Origin: Mobula hypostoma
Taxonomy: Eukaryota
Length of the DNA stretch: 64,000 nt
Direction: 5' to 3'
Assembly: GCF_963921235.1 (NCBI RefSeq)
Contig: NC_086097.1
Coordinates: 57,910,001-57,974,000 of the forward strand
A program made the translations under genes and the position numbers. The number at the start of each line of letters is the position of its first letter. Position 1 is the stretch's first letter. The notes below the pieces were generated by a model. It had not been told where the DNA came from and searched no databases. It saw only the letters and a list, made by a program, of their open reading frames with translations. This document shows positions 23,506-35,599 of the stretch, in pieces.

Positions 23506-25312
23506 CACTGAGTGACCACTTTTTTTTTGTACCTCCTGTACCTCAAGGGGAAATTTTGCCTGACAAATTTGTTGGAATTCTTTGAGGAAATTACAGGCAG
23601 GATAGTCAAAGGAGGGGCACTGGATGTTGTTAAATTGAATTTTCAGAAGGTCTTTGAAAAGGCACCACACATGTGGCTACTAAACGAGATAACAGTCCAT
23701 GATATTTCAGGACAGATACAAGCATTGATAGAAGATCGGCTGACTGGCAGGAGGCAAAGTGTGGGACTAAAGGGAGCCTTCTCTGGTTGGCTGCCAGTAA
23801 CTAGTGATGTTCTGCAGGGGTCGGTGTTGGGACTGATTCTTTTTACATTATACGTCAATGATTTGGATGATGGAATTGATGGGTTTATGGCCAAGTTTGC
23901 GGATGATATGAAAACAGTTGGAGGGGCAGACAGAGTCAAAGAAGCAGGGAATCTATATAAGGACGTGAATCTGCAGAAGGATTAGGAGAATGGGCAAAGG
24001 AGTAGCAAATGTAATATAGAGTAGGGAAGTGTATGGTCATGCACTTTGGTAGAAGGAATAAATGAGCAGACTATTTTCTTCTAAATGGGGAGAAAATTCA
24101 GAAATCAGACATACAAAGAAACCTGGAAGTTTACGTGCTTGATCCCCTAAAGGTTAACTTGCAAGTTGAGTTTGTGGTAAGGAAGGAAAATACATTTTGA
24201 GAAGACTAGAACATTTAAGCAATGGTGTAATGCTAAGGCTTTTTAAGTATTGGTCAGACCATACTTGGAGTACTGTGAACATTTTTCTTAACCAAGAAAA
24301 GATGTGTTGGCATTAGAAAGGGTCCAGAAGAGACTCAAAAGAATGATTCCATCAATGAAAGGGTTAAGCTATGAGGAGCGTTTGATGGCTCTGGCCTATA
24401 CTCGCTGGAGTTTAGAATAATGAGAGGGGATTGCATGAAACCTATCCAATATTGAAAAGCGTACAGACAGTGAATTTGCAGAAGATATTTCCTATAGTGG
24501 GTGAGTCTAAGACCTGAGGGCACAGCCTCAGAATAGAGGGGCATCCCTTTAAAACGGAGATGAAGAATTTCTTTAGCTGGAAGGTGTTGACTCTGTGGAA
24601 TTCATTGCCACAGACAGTTGTGGAGGCCCAGTCTGGCTATATTTAAAGCTGAGGTTGGTAGGTTCTTGATTTTTCAGGGCATGAAAGGTTACAGGGAGAA
24701 GGCAGGGGAGTGGGGTTGGGTGGGATAATCAATCAGCCATGATGGATTGGCAGAGCAAACTTGATGGGCTGTATGGTCTAATTGTGCTTCTATATTTTAT
24801 ATTATTATAGTCTTATGTTTGTGGTCTTCTGCTGTAGCCCATCCACTTCAAGATTCAACGTGTTATTGGTTGAGAGATGTTCTTCTGCACAGTGCTGTTG
24901 TAACTCGTGGTTATTTGAGTCACTGCACCTTCCTGTCAGCTGGAACCAGTCTGGCCATTCTCCTCTGACCTCTCTTGTTAACAAGGTGTTCTTGCCCACA
25001 GAATTGCCACTCACTGATTTTTTATTCTATTCTCTATAAACTTTAGAGGCAGTTGTGCAGGAAAATCCCAGGAGCTCAGCAGGTTATGAGCTATTCAAAC
25101 CACCCCATCTGGCACCAACAATCATTCCACGGTCAAATTCACTCAGGTCACTTTTTTTTCCCTATTCTGAGGTTTGGCCTGATCAACAACTGAACCTCTA
25201 GACCACGTCTGCATGATTTTATGCATTGAATTGCTGCCACATAATTGGCTGATTGGATTTTTGCATTAACGAGCAGGTGTACAGGCGTACCTATTAAAGT
25301 GGCCACTGAGTG
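23506..25312 (-). mobile_element. Tc1/mariner deletion derivative, interrupted by a CR1
   Basis: TIRs cactgagtgaccacttt / aaagtggccactgagtg; TA TSD; minus-strand GKKSDLSEFDRGMIVGAR..ELLGFS (Tc1 N-terminal HTH). Confidence 0.85.
23544..24818 (+). mobile_element. Degraded CR1 LINE 3' part
   Basis: CLTNLLEFFE, QGSVLG, FADD; tcttatg-type tail. Confidence 0.9.
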
Positions 25313-25762
25313 TATATGTTATCATATGCTACCTTTAAATTTATTTTCTTGCAGGCATTTACAGGGTAAAAAAGAAATATAATAGAATTTCTAAAAAGCT
25401 ATACTTAAACAGACAAAGATCAATGAACAAATCAATGTGCAACAGAAGACAAAATGACCAAATAAAAATAGCACTGACAGCAACTTGTAAAGAGTCCTTG
25501 GAAGTGTGTCTGTGGGTAACAATCAATTCAGAGAAGTGCTGTTGTAAGTTACCCATGTCAGTTCAGGAGCCTGATGGTTGTAGGATAATAATTGGTCCTT
25601 AACTTTGTGGTGTGGGATTCTAAGTACCTCCTGCTTGACGGTAGCAGTGGAAAAAAAACATAGCCTGGACAATGGGGTTTTTGACAATGAATGCTGCTTG
25701 CCTGTGTCAGTCCCCCATGTATATAGATTCACTGGTGGAGAAGTCTTTGCCTGTGATGAACT

Positions 25763-27112
25763 GGCCTTCATGGCAAGAGGAATTTGGCCTTCATTGCTAG
25801 AGGGATTGAATTTAAGAGCAGAGAGGTTATGCTATGCCTGTACAGGGTACTGGTGAGGCTGCATCTGGAGTACTGCAAGCAGTTCTGGTCTCCTTACTTG
25901 AAGAAGGATATACTGACTTTGGAGGCGGTGCAGAGGAGGTTCACCAGGTTGATTCCAGAGATGAGGGGGTTAGACCATGAGGAGAGATTGAGTTGCCTGG
26001 GACTGTACTCGCTGGAATTCAGAAAAATGAGAGGAAATCTTATAGAAACATATAAAATTATGAAAGGGCTAGATAAGATAGAGGCAGGAAAGTTGTTTTC
26101 ACTGGTAGGTGAGACTAGAACTAGGGGACATAGCCTCAAGATTTGGGGGAGTAGATTTAGGACAGAGATGAGGAGGAACTGCTTTTCCCAGAGAGTGGTG
26201 AATCTGTGAAATTCTCTGCCCAATGAAGCAGTGGAGGCTACCTCAGTAAATATACTTAAGACAAGTTTGTGTAGATTTTTGCGTAGTAGGGGAATTAAGG
26301 GTTAAGGGGAAAAGGCAGGTAGGTGGAGATGAGTCCATGGCCAGATCAGCCATGATCTTATTAGATTATGAGGACACTCAGTCCTCGTTTATTGTTATTC
26401 AGAAATGCATGCATTAAAAAATGATACAATGTTCCTCCATAAAGATATCATAGAAACACAGGACAAACCAAGACTAAAACTGACAAAATCACATGATTAT
26501 AACATATAGTTACAACAGTGCAAAGCAATACCGTAATTTGATAAAGAGCAGACCATGGGCACGGTAAAAAAAAGTCTGAAGTCCCGATAGCCCCATCATC
26601 TCACGCAGATGGTAGAAAGGAGAAACTCTCCCTCTCCCTGCCATGAACCTCCAAGCGCCGCAAACTTGCCAATGCATTGGAAGCACCCGACCGCAGCCGA
26701 CTCTGAGTCCGTCTGAAAACTTTGAGCCTACGACCAGCCCTCCGACACCGAGCACTGAGCGCCATCCTCTACCGAGCGCTTCGACCCCGCCCCGGCTGCC
26801 AAGCAACATGCAAAGCCGAGGACTCAGGGCCTTCCCCTCCGGAGATTCTGGATCACACAGTAGCAGCGGCAGCAAAGCAGACATTTCAGAAGTTTCACCA
26901 GATGTTCCTCCATGCTCTCACGTCTGTCTCCATCAAATCAGGATTGTGCATGGCACCCTACTTGACAGATAACAGATATCACCGGAGTGGCCGCTGCGAG
27001 CTGCATCGTGCCGCCATCTTCTCCTCCCGCCGTAGAGGTATTGAGTGGTGGAGCAAGCTTGACAGAACAGATGGCCTACTCCTGCTCTTATTTCCTATGC
27101 TCTTATGTTCTT
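25763..27112 (+). mobile_element. CR1 LINE 3' fragment, interrupted in its 3' UTR
   Basis: ORF 25784-26209 (LVRLHLEYC, TRGHSLK); tail resumes at 27039. Confidence 0.9.
26363..27028 (-). mobile_element. Non-coding ~670-bp retroposon, copy 1
   Basis: 5' GGGAGGAGAAGATGGCGGC; 3' AATAAA, GAGGAC..GTCCTC hairpin and taatc; flanked by tatt. Confidence 0.8.
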
Positions 27113-27345
27113 AGCCAGGCTGTGTCCATCACTGTTTGTAGTTTTTCCATTCCAGTGGTTTGGTGATTCCATACCAGGCCATGATGTAACCAATTAGGTT
27201 ACTCTCCACTGGGCATCTATAGAAGTTTGTCAAAGTTTTTGGTGACCTGCTGTATCTATACAAACTTCTAAGAAAGTAAAGGTGCTGCCATTCTTTCTTT
27301 GTGATGACAAGTACATGCCGATCCCCGGACAGATCCTCTGATATG

Positions 27346-30300
27346 CACTGGTGGCGCCAGAGATTTTTTCTTGCTGGTGCTACGGAGGGGCTGAATTATT
27401 CAGTGATGGTGCTGAGGGATGCACTGTATGGTAATATGTATTCACAAGGCCAGATGCGTGGCGTTCAAAAGTCAGTTTCAAGCATTATGTGCCTACTATA
27501 AACGCCTCTGTTGATTCACAAGCAACAGCAATTGATAGATCTAATATAGAATTGAACTGTGACAGTGTCAGCAGCATCGGAGACAAGCCGGGCTACACGG
27601 AGCATAAACAAACAAACCAACAGAGCATCCGACCCACAGCGCACAACGTGAATCACGCACCAATCCCACAATCAGCGTCAAATGCATGCTTTTCAACTGA
27701 AAAACACAACACTAACCCACAATGTCCACTGCTATTCACATTACATAGACAGACAATGCCAAAAGATACATTGTGATTAAAGTCAAATAAGGCAAACAGC
27801 AGATGTAAGGCTTTACCAGGAGTTGGACAAATCGTACTCTGACCATGTAATACCTCAATTAATTCGGCTACCGAATTTAAAACAAAAATCACCGCTTGGA
27901 AGTCTAAGCAAAACCAGTAGGCTTAATAGCAGTAAATGTAATATTTTAGGATTTGCAGGAAACATAAGGACTATGGGGGATCCATCACAAAATAATAATT
28001 GTAATCAGCATTAGTCTAGGCACAAATTTTTAAAAAATCAACTGCACTCACCATTGATGCTTTCAGAGAAGCACAATCCGTCTGTTGTTGTGATTGGTGG
28101 CAAAAACATCAATGATTTTCTGGATGTCAAGTGCTTTGGTCCTCTGGCTGTTTATGGCCAACAGGGCCAAGTTGCTGTTCCGAGCATCGCTGCTGCTATT
28201 CCTTACATAATCTTTGAGGTGTCTGAGACGAGAAACTCCGTTCGCAAGAGTCAGATGTCACAGGCAGAGTCAGTGATATGCAGATTAGATTGTATAAATC
28301 TATAAATGCATCGCGGTAGGGTCTCATTAGAGCTAGAAATTCCACTGTGTCATTCCCTGTCTGTCCTTGCTTTTGTTTTGTTTCCAGCAGATGCCGAACC
28401 TGATGTAGCTCTGCAGTCAGGTTCACTTCAGTCACCCCATAGTATTGGGCCATTGGCCAAAGACAATTCTTGTCTAGTAAGGGCTTGTGTTTGGGACTCA
28501 ATGCTGAGACTCCAGTCAGAACACCCCCAGTCTCAAATGAGAACTGCCTTTTCATTTCAGTCAGAAGTCTGTCTATAACCGGATAGAAACAGTGCTTGCG
28601 AAGGTCATCAGAGGATGTGACAGGTATATGTTCAGTTTGGGCCTCAACAACAAAATCATGTAGGCAGCAGGGTGGCTGGGCCTGTCTCCTTTCATGTGGT
28701 CTGCTCTGTATACCGGCCTTGATGCACAGTTCCCTAGCTCTTGCCTGGATTTCACTCCATGATTCCTCTCCCTGTTTTGCTGAGAGTGCATCAATAACAG
28801 ACTGAGCCAAGTCCACAGCGGATGAAAGCTCCAAACTGGGAGATTGTAGCTGGTCTGACATGAACTTGGTGACTCAGAATAAATCCTCAAACAGAGTGAG
28901 AAGTAAAGCAAACTGCTCGTCAATCAGTCCATTTACAGCTCTGGCCTCCGTTTTCCTCTGTGCATTTGGTTGACCCATAATATCCTGTAGTGTAGCTAGA
29001 ATGGCAGGGAGTGATTTCCTCATAGCCCACAAAACTGTATACTGCCATGCCCAGCGTGTATCTGACAATTTCTTCAACTCCACGGGCAGTGCCGTTGATT
29101 CCAGTTTTCTCTGTTCCTTCATGAAAAGGTCGTGGGCAACAGAGTTTGAAAAGAAGTTGTAAAGCAGCTGCACAGTTTCAAAAAACTCACTCGCCCGCTT
29201 GTTGTACATTGCTCACAACATTCACTAAAACAAGGTTAAGTCTGTGAGCATGACAGTGTATATATAATGTCTGTGGAACCTCTTTCCTGAACCTCTCTTG
29301 TACCTCGTTATTGCACCTGGACATCACTGCTGCCCCGTCATAACACTGAACTATACATGCGTTCTTATCAATAACACACTGGGCAAGAGTCCGTTCAATG
29401 CTTTTAAGAAGCGACTCTGTGTCCAACCCTTCTGCTGGAGTGAAGTGCAAGAATTCTTCAAGCACTGTTTTGTTATTCAGATACCGCACCACCACTGATA
29501 TTTGCTCCTTTTTACTCAAGTCTTTGCTTTCATCCACCATGATCACAAAATGTCCAGCCTCCTTGATTTCTGCACTTATCTGACGTCTGACCACATCTGC
29601 CATAATACCCATAACCTGCTGGGAGGGGGGAGAAGATGGCGGCACGACGGCAGAGCACAGGGCCACTTTGGTGATGATGCCTGTTATCTGTCAAGTCGGG
29701 GACCGTGCACAATTCTGATTTGATGGAGACAGACGTGAGAGCACAGTGGAACATCTGGAAAATTTCTGAAATGTCTGCTTTGCTGCCGCTGCTACTGTGT
29801 GGCAACCGGAATCGCCGGAGCTGAAGTCCCCAAAATCCTCGGCTTCGCTTGTTTCAGCTGCCGGGGACAGGTTGAAGGCGCTCAGCAGAGGATGGCGCTC
29901 GGGAGGCTGTATTGGAGAGGCTGGTCGGAAGTTGGAAGTTTTCGGACGGATGGACTCAGTGTTGGCTGTGGTCGGCTGCTTCCAAGGTATTGGCAAGTTG
30001 ACGGTGCCTGGAGGTTTATGGCAGGGAGTTTCTCCCTTTTGCCGCCTGCTATTGGGGACTCAGGAGTCGATGGATTCGGGGAATTTGAGACTTTTTTTTT
30101 ACTGTGCCCATGGTCTGTTCTATATCAAATTATGGTATTGCTTTGCACTGCTGTAACTATATGTTATAATTATGTGGTTCTGTCAGTGTTAGTCTTTGGT
30201 CTGTCCTGTTTTCTGTGATACCACTCCGGAGAAACATTGTATTATTTTTTAATGCATGTATGCATTTCTGAATGACAATAAAAGAGGACTGAGTGTTCTC

Positions 30301-30649
30301 ATGATCTAAATTTCATTTTGGATATCATGATGGGTGTTTTTTGCATTTCCAGGATTGCCCTCTATTTGTTTTAGCTACAGTTTTATCAAACTGCCCAATT
30401 ACACTGAGCAACTCAACAAAGTTTCCCCTATTGCCAGATCCATCGTCCTCCCGGTGTCCTTGCTGGGCAATGCCTTGGCACGCAGTATAGCATAGAGACT
30501 CAACTACTGCTCTCATATACTCACGATTTTCTTGAATAATCTTTGCATGTCCTTCATCAAGCATATTTCGCAATCTTGAACTGTCTTGTTTTTTCAATCT
30601 GAATTTGGCCCATGCCTCCATAGCAAACTTATGAGCTGCACTTACATGG
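27346..30649 (-). mobile_element. hAT transposon (ZMYM1-like/DUF4371 transposase pseudogene ~28066-30649), 5' end deleted
   Basis: GHRE..GNFVELL, VDESKDLSKKEQ, CYDGAAVMS, HCHAHRLNL, DTRW, LPVTSDSCERSFS; one TIR-like end cactggtggcgccag; tgatatg on both flanks. Confidence 0.9.
29621..30308 (+). mobile_element. Non-coding ~690-bp retroposon, copy 2, inserted in the hAT transposase
   Basis: Colinear with copy 1; splits the transposase at QNEI|MGIM. Confidence 0.82.
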
Positions 30650-30703
30650 TGATATGTTAATCCTAAGGAAATTAAAGTTGCTGACCTTCTCCACCAGAGG
30701 AAG

Positions 30704-33545
30704 TTAGACCATAAGACCATAAGATATAGGAGCAGGAATAGGGCATTTAGCCCATCGAGTCTGCTCCACCATTTCATTACGGCTGATCCATTTTCCTCTC
30801 AGCCCCAGTTTCCCGCCTTCGGCCCATATCCCTTCATGCCCCAACACTAATCAAGAATCTATCAACCTCTGCCTTAAATATACCCAATGACTTGGCCTCC
30901 ACAGACACCTGTGGCAACAAATTCCACAGATGAATCACTCTCTGGTAAAGAAATTCCTTCTTATCTTCATCCATAATAGACGTCCCTCAATTCTGAGGCT
31001 GTGTCCTCTAGTCTTAGACTCATCCATCACAGGAAATGTCTGCGCTACATCCACTTTGTTGAATCCTTTCAACATTCATGGGGTTATAGAAAAATTTTAC
31101 ATGGAAAAAGGACCTTTGGCCCATCTACTCCATGTCGAACCATTTAACTGTCTACGCTGGGACAATGGCCCTTGATACTCCTATCATCTATGTACTGATT
31201 CAAACTTCTCTTAAACGTTGAAGTTGAGATTTCATGCACCACTGTGCTGGCAGCTTGTTCCGCCCTTTCACAACTCTTTGATTGAGGAAGAGTCCCCTCA
31301 TGTTCCCCTTAAACTTTTCACCTTTCACCCTTAACCTACAACCTCGAGTTGTACTCCCACAAACCTCAGCGGAACAAGCCTGCTTGCATTTACCCGATCT
31401 ATACCCCTCATAATTTTTTATACCTCTATCAAATCTTCCTTCAACATTTTGTGTTCCAAGGAATAAAAGCCCTAACCTATTCCATCTTTCCTTATAACTC
31501 AGGTCCTCCTGGCCCAACCACGTCCTTGTAAATTTGTCTGTACTCTTTCAACCTTATTTACATCTTTCCTGTACGTAAGTGACCAAAACTGCACACAATA
31601 CTCAAAATTAGGCCTCACCAATATCTTACTCAATACCAACATAATATCCCATCTCCATACTCAATACTTTGATTTATGAAGGCTAATGTACCACCAGCTT
31701 ACTTTATGACCCTATCTACCTGTGATGCCACTTGCTATGATTTATTGACCTGTATTCCCAGATCCCTTTGATCTACCACATTCCTCAGTGCCCTACTGTT
31801 TTCTGAGGAAGATCTACCCTGGTTGGTCTTACCGAAGAGTAACACCTCGCACTTGTCTATGTTAAGTTCCATCTGCAATTTCTCAGCCTATTTATCTAGC
31901 TGGTCCAGATTCCACTGCAAATCATGGTAGTCTTCCTCACTGTCCACTACACACCCAATCTTGGTGTCATCCATGGATTGTTGATCAAAATGACAAACAA
32001 CAATGATCTCTGCACCACTTCACTAGTCACAGGCCTCCAGTCATTGAGGCAAACATCTACAACCACTCTCTGGCACAAAGCCAATGTCTAATCCAATTTA
32101 CTACCTCATCTTGAATGCCGAGTGACTGAACCTTCTTGGCCAACTTCCCATGTAGGACCTTGTCAAATGCCTTGCTGAATTCCATGTAGACTACATCCAC
32201 TGCCTTGCATTCATCAACTTTCCTGGTAACTTTTTCAAAAACTCTGAAAGATTGGTTAGACACAACCTACAATGCACAAAGCAATGCTGACTATCCTTAA
32301 TCAGTCCACATCTATAAAAATACTCACATATCCAGTCCTTTAGAATACCTTCCAATAACTTTCCCACTACTAATATCAGGCTCACCGGCCTATAATTTCC
32401 AAGTTTATTTTTGTAGACTTCCTTAAACAGCTGAATAAAATTGATTATCCTCTGATCCTATGGCACCTTACCCGTTACTAAGGCTGATTTAAATATTACT
32501 TTTAATGTCCCTGCAATTTCTTCACTTGCCTCCCACTGGGTCCAAGAAACAGTAATTTGCCTCAAAACAGCAAACACATCCTCCTCTGTAACCTCCAAGA
32601 AGTTGATGTCTCTTTGCCTCACTTCTATAGACTCTGTGTCTATCTTCTGAGTAAATACAGATGCAAAAAAAATGCAATTAAGATCTCACCAATCCCTTTT
32701 GCCCCCATGCATGGATAACCATTCTGATCTTCCAGAGTATCAATTTTGTTCTTAACATATCTGTAGAAGCCCTTAAGATTCTCCTTCACCTGTGTTTCAA
32801 TGAGATTCCCCATCATTCTTCTGAATTTAATGAGTACAAGTCCAGAACTATCAAATGCTCCTCATCTGGTAAGCCTTTCAACCTCAAAATCGTTTTTGTG
32901 AAACCTCCTTTGAACCCTCTCTGAAGCCTGCATATCCTTTCTTCGATAAGGGACCAAAAACTACTCTCGATACCCCAAGTGGCTTATAAGTCTCAACATT
33001 ACATCCTTGCTAATATATTTTAGTCCCCTAGAAATGAATGCTAACATTACACTTGCCTTCCTCACCATCGACTCAACCTGCAAATTAACCTTTCAGTCCC
33101 AAGTCCCTCTCTACCCCATATTTTTGAATTTTCTCTCCATTTAGAAAATAGTCTACGTTTTATTTCTTCTACCAAAGTGCATGATCATACACTTCCTGAC
33201 ATTGTGTTCCATCCGCCACTTCTTTGCCAATTCTCCTCATCCGTCTAAGTCCTTCTGTAGCCCCTCTGCTTCCTGCAAACTACCTGCCCCTCCACCTATC
33301 TTCGTGTCATCCACAAACATGACCACAAACCCATCAATTCCGTTATCCAAAGCATTGACATATAACGTAAAAAGAAGTGGTCCCAACACAGACCCCTATA
33401 GAACACCACCAGTCACCAGCAGGCAACTGGTAAAGGTTCCCTTCATTCCCCCTCTCTGCCTCCTGCCAATCAGCCAATGATTTATCCATGCTAGTATCTT
33501 TCCTGTCATACCATGGGCTCTTAATTTGTTAAGTAAATCTATGTG
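30704..33545 (-). mobile_element. Degraded CR1 (pieces ~30704-31077 and ~32791-33545)
   Basis: (ccataaga)n tail on the + strand; RT C-terminal sequence continues after a nested CR1. Confidence 0.8.
31078..32790 (-). mobile_element. Degraded CR1 of a second family, nested in the previous one
   Basis: VYMEFSKAFDK, VVGKLLEGIL; has its own 3' UTR. Confidence 0.82.
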
Positions 33546-33667
33546 TTTAATCTAATGAGGCAAGATGACTTTGGGGAAGGTCTCATCAATTTGTTTCTTA
33601 AATCCATAAAGATCACTTGAAAGTTATTGCCTAGTTAGCCATTTAGGCATCATAGTAATTTGCTGTC

Positions 33668-34185
33668 TTTTGAATTCTGCAGGTGCTTGAAATCTCGAGC
33701 AAGCACACACAAAATGCTGGAGATCAGGCAGCATGTATGGAGAGGAATAAACCACTGATGTTTCAGCCTGAGATCCTTCATTGGGATTGGAAAGGAAGGG
33801 GGAAGAAGGTTGAATATAGTGGAAGGAGAGGAAAGAGTACACACTGGCAGGTATTAAATGAAACCAGGTGTGGGGCAACGTGAGTAGGTGGAAAAGGAGG
33901 TGGAATTAGATAGCTGCGAGGTGACAGGTGGAAGGGGTAAAGGGTTGAAGAAGTAGAGATCTGATAGGAGAGGACACGGGAGAAAGGGAACAGGAGGGGT
34001 ACCATAGGAAAGTGATGGGCAGGTGAGGAGAAGAGAAAGGGGTAAGAGGAAAGCCAGAATGGGGAATGGACAAGCAGAGAAGGATGAAGAGGAAGAAATT
34101 ACTGGAATTTCAAGAAATTGATGTTTATGCCATCAATTTGGAGGCTACCTAGAGGAACAAAGGTGTTGCTCCTCCATTGATATAG
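33668..34185 (-). mobile_element. Penelope-like element 3' fragment (GIY-YIG C-terminus, purine-rich tract, decayed hammerhead)
   Basis: Minus-strand EEQHL..gtagcctcc..ggcataaacatcaatttc motif; shared cacacacaaaatgctgg end. Confidence 0.7.
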
Positions 34186-34791
34186 TTTGGATTGTATGGA
34201 GCTGCTATATTTATAAGAAGTACTGTGACCCCTGTCAGATTTAGAGAGGGACAATGAAGGGTTAATAGCTTATGTCCCATAGACTGTAGATGAGCAAAGA
34301 TGAGCAAAGATTTCTGCTGATGTGCAAATGGATGTGCCTGAACCAATTCTCCTGATGTATGGTGGTGACATAAATTTGATTTTAAAAAATTCTTGGCAAA
34401 CTCCTCACTTCAAATGCGACCTTCACACACATTGAGTTGTCTAAAGGTGACAATGAATGAATATGTCTTATTTTAGTTGTCTGTTTCAGAATGTTAAAAC
34501 ATGTACTTTAATGTCAATTCGATTCAGCAGTCCACTGCAAAATATTATCTCAAAGCCTAATCCTTCTGAACAATTTTCCACAACTGCTTTGTAAATCATA
34601 TTTTGCTTGATCTCAATTATCTTACTCTGTCCTTTGGGCTATATGCACAGACAAATATCCAACCTGGTCAGTTCTAAGCTGTCTGTTGAACATGGTGAAG
34701 TTTCAAACTCTATCAAGAACTGAGAGCATTATTTTGCAAGTACTGATTTGCTAAAAATTATAAGAAAATGTAAGAACTGGTCAGCTTTGAA

Positions 34792-35289
34792 CAACATTCC
34801 CTCTAATTTTTTTTTACAGCTGTGCAGACCAACCATTGCTCTGAGCAAGAAATTTTTACACAGCCTGAAAACTGCGCGGCACTTTACATATTTTATTTTG
34901 TAATATGCATACTATGAATATTGACTAGATGGCTCAGTGGGCCGGTGGTTTATTAACAATGAGCTACTGACTTCCATTCTGTGTTTATTGTTACAATTTG
35001 TAACAGTGCAGTCACTTGAAAAACTGACAATGTAAATATGTTGAAGCTCTAAAATTTTTCAAAGTAGAAGTTGTGGTACATTTATTACTTAGAAAATTTA
35101 TGGATTATATTCATTTACATAATTAATTACAGGGTATTTCACAATTATATTAACATATATTTCAAAACTATGCTAGCATAATTCCAGAATTATATTAACA
35201 TTATATAAATGAAAATTCCAGCTGTGCAGCAAGAAAGGCTATGTGTGTGAGAGCATTTCAGTTACTGCGCTGCAGTAGAGGCAACAGTG
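34792..35289. mobile_element. hAT-type MITE (498 bp)
   Basis: Imperfect TIRs caacattccctcta / tagaggcaacagtg; exact 8-bp TSD GCTTTGAA. Confidence 0.8.
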
Positions 35290-35599
35290 GCTTTGAACTG
35301 TAGCTGTTTAGTGCTTATGTTGCTGAACTGAATATTGAATAAAATGAACCAGAGACATAAATTTAAATCCCAGATTAGCTGGAGAATTTAAATTCAATTA
35401 ATTAAATAATTCTGGAATTAAAAAGCTAACTTCAGTAATGGTAATAAAAATATTTAATTGTCATTAAAACCTCACTAATATCCCTTAGGGAAGGAAATTT
35501 GCTGTGTTGGCTAATCTATTCTATGTATGATTCAAAAATCACAGAAAGAGAAAGTCATACAGTTCCAGGACAACCACAATAAAAAGAGACTCTCTAAAC

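Larger units (their letters stand above)
23471..30690 (-). mobile_element. Old Rex1-like LINE in pieces (~23471-23505, 25313-25762, 27113-27345, 30650-30695), hosting several insertions
   Basis: AATAAA-like tail; RQAAFIVK..YYPTTIRLLN; sequence continues across each insertion. Confidence 0.65.

Noticed and set aside
28066..30649. Host ZMYM1 gene
   Set aside because: Intronless, frameshifted, interrupted transposase with a TIR-like end.
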